A DNA stretch of 64,000 nt. Origin: Candidatus Onthoplasma faecipullorum (GTDB taxonomy: Bacteria > Bacillota > Clostridia > Christensenellales > UBA1242). Position 1 is the stretch's first letter, and each line of letters starts with the position of its first letter. The translations under genes were made by a program, and so were the position numbers. The DNA is taken from assembly GCA_019120295.1 (NCBI GenBank), contig DWVI01000004.1:102201-166200 (forward strand). Direction: 5' to 3'. The notes beneath the pieces were generated by a model. The model ran no database searches. It was not told the DNA's origin and was given only the letters and a program-made list of their open reading frames with translations. Below, one piece after another: positions 57,188 through 64,000 of the stretch.

Positions 57188-57259
57188 TCGTAATTTTGTA
57201 ATGTTATCATAGGTTTGTCAGTAAGATGATAAACCTTATTTTTATAAGGAAATAACCTG

Positions 57260-57292
57260 TAGGTTCGTCTTATTGACGAGCCTATTTTTTTT
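57260..57292 (+). terminator. Strong terminator preceding the phage-like module
   Basis: TAGGTTCGTC-ttatt-GACGAGCCTA followed by TTTTTTTT. Confidence 0.7.
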
Positions 57293-57310
57293 GTTAAAAG
57301 GAGGGAAGTT

Positions 57311-57493
57311 ATGGTTGAAGAAGCAGCTACAACAAAGAGAAAATCTATTTGTATTGGCGTCTATGTTTCTCCTGATATGCACAACAAGCTTAAGAAATAC
57401 TCAAAAGAAAGCGAAACAGTGCACGGCGTTAAATACACAATCAGCGACGTAGTTAGGCTGGCTTTGAAAAATTTTTTTGATAAGAACAAATAG
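57311..57493 (+). CDS. Small ribbon-helix-helix-like protein
   Basis: 60 aa. KSICIGVYVSPDMHNKL...VVRLALKNFF fits a beta-strand plus two helices. Confidence 0.45.
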   Translation: MVEEAATTKRKSICIGVYVSPDMHNKLKKYSKESETVHGVKYTISDVVRLALKNFFDKNK

Positions 57494-57503
57494 GAGGTAT
57501 GTT

Positions 57504-57803
57504 ATGAGAAAACAACTTAAAGAAGTCGTTAAATGCGTTACAGAAGAATTGAGAACAAATTACTCAGCACGAACAAATGATAATGAACTCATTCTTGGAG
57601 TTATGAGAAGACTTGGAGTTGACACTAACATACCATTTTCAGAGCTTATACATAGCGGCAACTTGCCAACAAGCTTTGAATCAATTACAAGAGCACGAAG
57701 AAAGGTGCAAGCACAGAATCCTATATTAAAAGATAAACCTACAGCAGATTTAAGGCAAGAGCAGGAGGAAGTGTATCGAAAGTTTGCTAAAGAAAATTTA
57801 TAA
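57504..57803 (+). CDS. Hypothetical phage protein
   Basis: GGAGG RBS before the ATG at 57504. The track start at 57477 would overlap the previous gene. Confidence 0.5.
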   Translation: MRKQLKEVVKCVTEELRTNYSARTNDNELILGVMRRLGVDTNIPFSELIHSGNLPTSFESITRARRKVQAQNPILKDKPTADLRQEQEEVYRKFAKENL

Positions 57804-57814
57804 GGGAGGATACA

Positions 57815-58066
57815 ATGATAATTTACGGTCTTTACTACTATACCCCTAATGCACAAGGGTTTATTGCAAAAAGAACGGCAATTGAAAGGGAAGAAGAATT
57901 TACCAAAATTAAAGACTTACTGAAAAATTTAGCTGAATCAGAATATGGAGCTGAATATTCAGAAGAACAACTAAGATTTGACTTATATATTCCTTGCGAA
58001 GATTGTTGCTATGATGGGCAACATTACTGGGTTGAACTTATTGATATTAACACGAATGAAATCTAA
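57815..58066 (+). CDS. Hypothetical phage protein
   Basis: 83 aa, GGGAGG RBS. Confidence 0.5.
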   Translation: MIIYGLYYYTPNAQGFIAKRTAIEREEEFTKIKDLLKNLAESEYGAEYSEEQLRFDLYIPCEDCCYDGQHYWVELIDINTNEI

Positions 58067-58090
58067 CAAGTTTTAATTAGGAGGTAAAAT

Positions 58091-58750
58091 ATGAATAAAT
58101 TTGAAAGATTAAAAGAAATGAGCACACTTGATGCAAAGAAGCTTATTGAAAGTTTGGTTGGCGAAGAAGCTGCTAAAAAGTTTTTTGAAGAAGAAAGAAA
58201 AACTATTTCAATAAGTGAAGTTGAAGTGGGCTCTTTTATTGTTTATGGTGGTTTGGAATGGGTAGTTTTAGACAAAACAACCAAAGGTGTGAAAGTATTA
58301 TCAAAACATAGGCTCTATAACAGAGCGTTTGACACGGATAGCCACAATAATTGGGCAGCATCTACTTTACGAAATGAATTAAATAATTTTAATAAGTGTG
58401 GTTGGTGCTGTGCTTACGAAAACACATCGCAAATAAACAAAAAAGACCTTGTTGAATTTGAAAGAGACTTAACTACTGATGATGGAATGACAGATTACGG
58501 AAAATGCAGAGATTATATATCGTTGTTGACTTGTGAAGAGTATCGCAAATATAGGAAATTGATACCGCTTGCAGATGACTGGTGTTGGACTATAACTGCA
58601 GATAGCTTGGTTTACGATTCTTACGTTCGCAGTGTCTACTCGGGCGGTGTCCTGGGCGGCAACGATGCGTATAGCGGTAACAGCGGCGTGCGTCCGCTTT
58701 GTATTCTGAAATCTGAAATCGAGGTAGAAGTATGCGACGAGAAAGTGTAA
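58091..58750 (+). CDS. Phage protein with a DUF6273/DUF1566-like C-terminal region (WxW...GVRP motif)
   Basis: 219 aa. DDWCWTITADS...GNSGVRPLCIL resembles the WWLRS...GVRP pattern. The last roughly 30 codons form a G+C-rich run of NNC codons. Confidence 0.5.
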   Translation: MNKFERLKEMSTLDAKKLIESLVGEEAAKKFFEEERKTISISEVEVGSFIVYGGLEWVVLDKTTKGVKVLSKHRLYNRAFDTDSHNNWAASTLRNELNNFNKCGWCCAYENTSQINKKDLVEFERDLTTDDGMTDYGKCRDYISLLTCEEYRKYRKLIPLADDWCWTITADSLVYDSYVRSVYSGGVLGGNDAYSGNSGVRPLCILKSEIEVEVCDEKV

Positions 58751-59106
58751 TTTTAGCAATATCAAATGACAAATACGAGTTACCAACAATGCAATTTGAA
58801 TCTACAAGAGAAATGTCTAAAACACTTGGTATATCAATGAAGCATTGTAACTCAATTCTGTCAAAACAAACAGTTTTTAGAGAACTAAATTGCAGGTTTA
58901 TAAGAGTCTATTTAGACGAAGAAAATTCAACAAAAGGAGGTAGTGATATGTCTCAAAATTGCAAAAAAGGAATAATTTCAAAGCTACTTAACAGCACTAA
59001 GGCAGAGGTTGAAAAATTCTTTAAAAGTATTTCTGAGGAAGAACGTGAAAGTTATGTTTCTGCACTATGGAACGCTTATCACAAACTTTCATATAAAGGA
59101 GCTTAA
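58732..59106 (+). CDS. Hypothetical phage protein
   Basis: 124 aa. An internal AAAGGAGG plus ATG near 58948 could mark an alternative start. Confidence 0.4.
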   Translation: MRRESVILAISNDKYELPTMQFESTREMSKTLGISMKHCNSILSKQTVFRELNCRFIRVYLDEENSTKGGSDMSQNCKKGIISKLLNSTKAEVEKFFKSISEEERESYVSALWNAYHKLSYKGA

Positions 59107-59107
59107 G

Positions 59108-59761
59108 ATGCTTGAGAAGATAAAGTTAAAACACAACACTCCTGAATGGCTGCAGTTTAGAAAAACTGGCATCGGAGGATCTGATGCAGCTGCAATACTT
59201 GGTATTAGTCCATTTAAAACAAATATAGAAGTTTGGGAAGAAAAAGTTGGAATAAAAGAGCCTGAAGATATTTCAGATAAGCCTCAAGTTGAATATGGAA
59301 AGAAATCAGAAGAATTGTTATTAGAATTATTTGCACTTGATTTTCCTCAATTTGAAGTTAAAGCAAATAAAAATGTTGTTTATAAAAGAGGTTTTATGTT
59401 TGCTTCCTTAGACGGAGAACTAACCGACAAAACAACTGGAGAAGAGGGAATATATGAGGGCAAAACAACCGAAATTCACAATCACAATTTGCTATCAAAA
59501 TGGACCAAACAAATACCTGATTATTATTACACTCAAATATTACACTATTTACTTGTTACAGATAGAAAATTTGCTTGTTTAAAAGCACAAATAAAACTTA
59601 TAGGACAAGATGACAACGTTGAAATAATAACGAGACATTATATGTTCTACAGAAAAGACTTAATTGAAGATTTAAAATATCTTTATTTAAAAGAAAAAGA
59701 GTTTTGGGAGTTTGTGGAGAAAAAACAAAGACCACCACTCATACTTCCAAGATTAGATTAA
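59108..59761 (+). CDS. YqaJ-type viral recombinase exonuclease
   Basis: AAAGGAG RBS and ATG at 59108. The N-terminus NTPEWLQFRKTGIGGSDAAAILGISPFKT is diagnostic of the YqaJ family. Confidence 0.85.
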   Translation: MLEKIKLKHNTPEWLQFRKTGIGGSDAAAILGISPFKTNIEVWEEKVGIKEPEDISDKPQVEYGKKSEELLLELFALDFPQFEVKANKNVVYKRGFMFASLDGELTDKTTGEEGIYEGKTTEIHNHNLLSKWTKQIPDYYYTQILHYLLVTDRKFACLKAQIKLIGQDDNVEIITRHYMFYRKDLIEDLKYLYLKEKEFWEFVEKKQRPPLILPRLD

Positions 59762-59779
59762 AAATGGAGGATAAAAAAT

Positions 59780-60583
59780 ATGTCAGAATTAGAACTTATT
59801 TTGAAAACACCAGTAGAGGAATTGATTCCAAAAATGCTTGCTTGGAATAATTCAGAACTTTTAGCTCAGGTAGAGGAAAAACTGAAACACTATGAAAACG
59901 TCAATTATGACGATTCTACTATTGATATTGCAAAAAAAGATAGGGCTCAATTAAACGCATTTTGCAAAGCGTTAAATGATGAGCGTATCCGAATAGGAAA
60001 GGTATATAGCTCGCCTTACGACAAGTTTAAATCAGAAGTGGATGGCGTTATAAATAGAGTTAAAGAAGTTTCTGAAAAAATATCTACACAGGTGCAGGCT
60101 TACGAATTAAAAAAACAAGAAGAAAAACAGCAAGCAGTTATTGAATATTTTAAGGAAGCTATAGGAGAATTTTCAGGCTTAATTCCTTATGAAAAAGTTC
60201 ATCAAGCAAGATGGCTTAACGTAAGCGTCAGTATGAAATCAATTAAAGCTGATATAGACACAATTGTTTCAAATGCAAGAGCTGCAGTGGTTGCTATAGA
60301 AGCTTTAAAGTCAGAAGACGAAGAAACACTTAAAGCGTTTTATTTCAGGACTTTAAACCTCTCTGAAGCTCTTATGGAGAATGAGAGATTAAAACAAGAG
60401 AGAACAAAAATTGCTGAATTAAAACCAAAGCAAGAGGAAGAAAAACCTGAAGAAAAAGCAAATGCAACAAATATTCAAATAGTCAAGTTCCAAGTAGAGG
60501 GAACAATAGAACAATTAAAACAATTACAGCACTTTTTAAGAGAAAATCAAATAAAATTTACAGCCATAAAGGAGGGAAAATAA
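59780..60583 (+). CDS. DUF1351-family phage protein
   Basis: 267 aa, located between the exonuclease and RecT as is usual. The N-terminal pattern is LILKTPVEELIPKMLAWNN. Confidence 0.6.
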   Translation: MSELELILKTPVEELIPKMLAWNNSELLAQVEEKLKHYENVNYDDSTIDIAKKDRAQLNAFCKALNDERIRIGKVYSSPYDKFKSEVDGVINRVKEVSEKISTQVQAYELKKQEEKQQAVIEYFKEAIGEFSGLIPYEKVHQARWLNVSVSMKSIKADIDTIVSNARAAVVAIEALKSEDEETLKAFYFRTLNLSEALMENERLKQERTKIAELKPKQEEEKPEEKANATNIQIVKFQVEGTIEQLKQLQHFLRENQIKFTAIKEGK

Positions 60584-61519
60584 ATGGCAAATAGTATAAC
60601 AACAACAAATCAAAGAAGTTTATCAACAAATCAACCTAAATTTTCAGTATTTATGAGCCAAGAAAATATTAAAAATTTAGTTCAACAAGCGGTAGGGCAA
60701 AACGCACAAAGCTTTACTACAGCAATCATATCTGCAGTAAGCAACAACCCCGAATTGCAGAAATGTAATCAATCTTCAATTTTGGCAGCAGCCCTGCAGG
60801 GCGAGGCTTTAAAATTAAGTCCAAGTCCACAGTTAGGGCAATATTATATGGTGCCTTTTAACAAAAAAGATAAACAAGGAAACATTATATCAACTTCAGC
60901 TCAATTTATTTTGGGTGCTAAAGGTTATAAGCAACTTGCTATGAGGTCAGGTCAATATCTTGATATTGATGTTTTAGAAATCAAAGAGGGCGAATATAAA
61001 GGGCGTGATAAATTAACAGGGAAGCAATTATTTGAATTTATTGCCGATGACGATGAGAGAGAAGCTAAACCAACAATCGGTTATATGGCTTATTTTGAAT
61101 TGCTTAATGGCTTTAGAAAAACTGTTTATTGGACTAAGAACAAAATGATAAAACACGCAGATACCTATTCTCCAGCATTTAGTGCTGACAAATATGATGA
61201 TTATATCAATGGCAAAATACCACAAAAAGAACTCTATAAATATAGCAGTTTTTGGTATAAAAACTTTACGGAAATGGCTTACAAAACACTTTTAAGATAC
61301 TTAATCTCTCAATGGGGAGTTATGAGTATTGAAATGCAAAAAGCTATTGATATTGACAATTCTGTTATCAATGAAAATGGAGAACCAAGCTATGTCGAGT
61401 TTGACGGCGGTGTAGAGGCTAATCAATCTGAAGTGGAACAAGAGCCTGTTGAAATTACTCCTGAAGAGGCGGAAGAGTTTGACTTCTTTGCAGAAGAGAA
61501 AAAAGGGAGTGAGGAATAA
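60584..61519 (+). CDS. recT: RecT single-strand annealing protein
   Basis: 311 aa with the ILGAKGYKQLAMRSGQY core and an acidic tail. Confidence 0.85.
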   Translation: MANSITTTNQRSLSTNQPKFSVFMSQENIKNLVQQAVGQNAQSFTTAIISAVSNNPELQKCNQSSILAAALQGEALKLSPSPQLGQYYMVPFNKKDKQGNIISTSAQFILGAKGYKQLAMRSGQYLDIDVLEIKEGEYKGRDKLTGKQLFEFIADDDEREAKPTIGYMAYFELLNGFRKTVYWTKNKMIKHADTYSPAFSADKYDDYINGKIPQKELYKYSSFWYKNFTEMAYKTLLRYLISQWGVMSIEMQKAIDIDNSVINENGEPSYVEFDGGVEANQSEVEQEPVEITPEEAEEFDFFAEEKKGSEE

Positions 61520-61521
61520 AT

Positions 61522-61938
61522 ATGGTATTTGAAATCGTTGGTGCTCCAGTCGGCAAGAGACGACCAAAATTCTCAACTATACACGGTTACGCACAAGCTA
61601 TAAAACCTAAGGAAGATGCAATTTATGAAAACCTTGTAAAGTTAAGTTTTCAATCAAATAAACCACAGGAATACAGCTTGTTTGAAAAACCTATAAAAAT
61701 CAAAATAGAAGCATATTTTGCGATACCTAAATCATTTTCAAAAAAGAAAATCAATATGGCTGTTGAGGGTGTTATAAACCCTCAAACAAAGCCTGATGCA
61801 GATAATATAGCAAAGATTATATGTGATGCCTTAAATAATGTTGCTTATAAAGACGACACACAAATAATAGAGCTAACGGTTGTAAAAAGATATGCTTTAG
61901 AACCAAAGGTTAAAGTTACTCTAAATGAGTTTATTTAG
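61522..61938 (+). CDS. rusA: RusA-family Holliday junction resolvase
   Basis: 138 aa with PVGKRRPKFS and KPDADNIAKIICDALNNVAYKDDTQI. Confidence 0.85.
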   Translation: MVFEIVGAPVGKRRPKFSTIHGYAQAIKPKEDAIYENLVKLSFQSNKPQEYSLFEKPIKIKIEAYFAIPKSFSKKKINMAVEGVINPQTKPDADNIAKIICDALNNVAYKDDTQIIELTVVKRYALEPKVKVTLNEFI

Positions 61939-61947
61939 GAGGATAAA

Positions 61948-62808
61948 ATGGCAAGGAAAAGAATGATTGACCCTGCAATATGGAACTCGGAAGATTTTTC
62001 AGAATTATCTGAGTTTGCTCAGCTTGTTTGGATAGGGCTTTTCTCTCAGGCGGATGATCAGGGCAGAGGAAAAGCTAAGCCCGCCTATTTAAAGTCAATT
62101 CTTTTCCCTTACAGCGAAGATGCAAAGCTGGTTAAAAAGGTTGATTTTGCATTAAATGAGATAGCAAAAAATATGTCTGTTGTCTTTTATCAAATTGATA
62201 ACAATGAATATTATCAGCTTGAAAATTGGGCTAAGTGGCAAAAGGTAGACAAACCACAAGCAAGCAAAATTACACCTTATTCAGATAAAGCGAAGATTAT
62301 TCGTAAACCATTCGGGGAACATTCGGCGAATAGTAGTCGAAAGATAAGCGAACAATCGTCAACTAATCAACAAACACTCTCGCCTAATAAGAATAAGAAC
62401 AAGAATGAAATAGAACAAGAATATAAAGAGAACGAGAATAAACAGGCGTGCGTGTGTGATGATTTATTAAATAAATTTAGTTTTAATGAATTATTGCAAG
62501 TTTGCGAATCTGAAAGTCCAGTTTTAATTAAACGCCATAGGGAAGATCCAAACGGAGACTATAAGTTAGGCTTAATTTATGACGAGATTGCAAAGTTTCA
62601 CACTTTAGACGAAGTTAGAACTTTAATAAAGCACGCAAACAAAACTTATGTTGTGCAGCCTAAATATAACACACTTGATTTGTGTTGGGTGCTTAACAAT
62701 TGGCAGTCAGTTGAAAGTGCAAGTGAAATAACAGTGCAACATCAGCAATCTCAGCAAACAAAAGAAAAAGTGTCAGAAATGGAGGCAAGAGTATGGAAGA
62801 ACAAATAA
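61948..62808 (+). CDS. Phage replisome organizer (DnaD-like N-terminal domain)
   Basis: RMIDPAIWNSEDFSELSEFAQLVWIGLFSQADDQGRG is the characteristic N-terminus. Confidence 0.75.
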   Translation: MARKRMIDPAIWNSEDFSELSEFAQLVWIGLFSQADDQGRGKAKPAYLKSILFPYSEDAKLVKKVDFALNEIAKNMSVVFYQIDNNEYYQLENWAKWQKVDKPQASKITPYSDKAKIIRKPFGEHSANSSRKISEQSSTNQQTLSPNKNKNKNEIEQEYKENENKQACVCDDLLNKFSFNELLQVCESESPVLIKRHREDPNGDYKLGLIYDEIAKFHTLDEVRTLIKHANKTYVVQPKYNTLDLCWVLNNWQSVESASEITVQHQQSQQTKEKVSEMEARVWKNK

Positions 62809-63686
62809 ATTCTCTAAGCAGATTTGACCATAGCAGAGATTACAGCGAAGAAGAGGAATTGGTTTGCAGGAAAAAATTCTTTGAGAATTACAAGCTCAAG
62901 CAGGACGAGATATTGACAGCAAACAGTGAGCTGATTTGTTCAAAATGTCGAAACAAAAGATATTTTCAAAAAAATGATTTTGTAGTTATCTGTAATTGCA
63001 AATGTCAAACTGAAGCTATAAAACAGGCTGAAGAAGAAAGAAAAGCTAAAGAACGTATGAGAAGTTTAGAAAGGCTAAAGGAAATGAGTTTGTTGGGTAA
63101 AAAATACGAAGATGCAAACTTTGAAAACTTAGACCTTAATCGCCCTAAAGACTTTTTAAAAGCAGTAGAAAGATGTAAAAAATATTGCGAAAAGTGGAAC
63201 GAGGTTAAGAATCAGGGCTTAGGAATTTACTTATATGGAGACGTTGGAACAGGGAAAAGCTTACTGACTGCTTGTATAGGGAATTATTTACTTTCAAAAT
63301 TTGTAACAGTGCTATTTACAAACTTCTTTGAGATTGCAAAGCAAATAAAGAAAACCTTTTCAGACTATTCAATGACAGAAAGTGCATTTATAGATAGACT
63401 TACACAAGTTGATCTTCTGATAATTGACGATATAGGAACAGAAATTGTAGTCAAAAATGGAGAAAAAACTTGGATACAAGACAAAATCTACGATGTAATA
63501 AACAGCAGATACGTAAATCTTAAACCAACAATATTTTCAAGCAATGAAAGCCTTGTGGAGCTTGTTGAAAAATGTGGCTTAATGAAAAAGACTGTGGATC
63601 GAATTGCTGCAATGTCAACCGCAAAAATAGAGTTGAGAGGAAGTAGCTATAGATTGACAGAACAAACAAAAAATTCAATTTTTTAA
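62793..63686 (+). CDS. DnaC/IstB-like AAA+ helicase loader
   Basis: Walker A GDVGTGKS, Walker B LLIIDDIG, and an N-terminal Cys-cluster. Confidence 0.8.
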   Translation: MEEQINSLSRFDHSRDYSEEEELVCRKKFFENYKLKQDEILTANSELICSKCRNKRYFQKNDFVVICNCKCQTEAIKQAEEERKAKERMRSLERLKEMSLLGKKYEDANFENLDLNRPKDFLKAVERCKKYCEKWNEVKNQGLGIYLYGDVGTGKSLLTACIGNYLLSKFVTVLFTNFFEIAKQIKKTFSDYSMTESAFIDRLTQVDLLIIDDIGTEIVVKNGEKTWIQDKIYDVINSRYVNLKPTIFSSNESLVELVEKCGLMKKTVDRIAAMSTAKIELRGSSYRLTEQTKNSIF

Positions 63687-63699
63687 TTTGGAGGATAAA

Positions 63700-64000
63700 A
63701 TGATAAACAAAAATAATAAGGCGTTTGTTGCTGGAGAAATTATAACGGAACCAACGGAATATGAGTGCTGTGGAGAAAAGTTTTATTCATTTGTTATTGC
63801 TTCGGCAAGAGAAAGTGGAGTTAAGGATGAAATTCCTGTAAATATTTCAGCTTACTTATTGAAAGACGCAAAACAAGGAGATAAAGTGGCTATTACAGGA
63901 CAAATAAGAACTTATAACAAAATGCAAAACGAAAAAAACAAACTGATTATAGTTTTCTTCGGGCAGGTTGTTGAAAGTTATACAGAAGATTCTAATCAGG
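63700..64000 (+). CDS. OB-fold SSB-like phage protein, partial (open at the window end)
   Basis: Not in the track. GGAGG RBS and ATG at 63700. My translation MINKNNKAFVAGEIITEPTEYECCGEKFYSF...VAITGQIRTYN has no stop codon up to 64000. Confidence 0.5.
   Translation, partial: MINKNNKAFVAGEIITEPTEYECCGEKFYSFVIASARESGVKDEIPVNISAYLLKDAKQGDKVAITGQIRTYNKMQNEKNKLIIVFFGQVVESYTEDSNQ

Larger units (their letters stand above)
57293..64000 (+). mobile_element. Phage-type early (recombination/replication) gene module; prophage or phage-derived island that continues past the window end
   Basis: Twelve co-directional, tightly packed ORFs with strong GGAGG RBSs, including YqaJ exonuclease, DUF1351, RecT, RusA, replisome organizer and a DnaC-like loader. 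Confidence 0.75.

Overview
The window is an AT-rich chromosomal segment from an endospore-forming Firmicute, probably Clostridia-like. Sporulation and germination markers are spoIVB (partial, at the left edge), a BclA-like collagen-repeat protein, a gerA-type germinant receptor operon, a PRC-barrel protein and a CotJC-like ferritin-fold protein. Housekeeping genes are ftsK/spoIIIE, pnp, a trxB-like gene, prfB, rpsF-ssb-rpsR, glnS, lepB, mscL, tsaD, dut and two ABC exporter pairs. There are two very large surface proteins of 2019 aa and about 1480 aa. From about 57.3 kb to the window end lies a phage-type recombination/replication module: YqaJ exonuclease, DUF1351, RecT, RusA, replisome organizer, DnaC-like loader and an SSB-like protein. 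I found four tRNAs by eye: Glu-UUC, Met-CAU, Arg-UCG and Pro-CGG. The most unusual content is non-coding. (1) The tRNA-Met/tRNA-Glu locus (5.4-6.3 kb) and the tRNA-Arg locus (34.45-34.8 kb) both carry G+C-enriched, ORF-free, hairpin-dense sequence. This sequence is built from shared modules that show compensatory stem changes, and it is interleaved with truncated or insert-bearing tRNA copies. (2) A structured element of about 155 nt occurs twice in inverted orientation (36.34-36.55 kb and 41.54-41.70 kb). It also shows compensatory changes. The two copies bracket a 5 kb four-gene block, and each sits about 60 nt upstream of an inward-facing gene. (3) A short G+C-rich, adenine-poor run of NNC codons lies at the 3' end of a phage ORF and resembles a diversity-generating retroelement variable region, but no template repeat or RT is visible in the window. 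I could not identify any of these RNA-like elements as a known family from memory. All of them need covariance-model, comparative and transcript checks.
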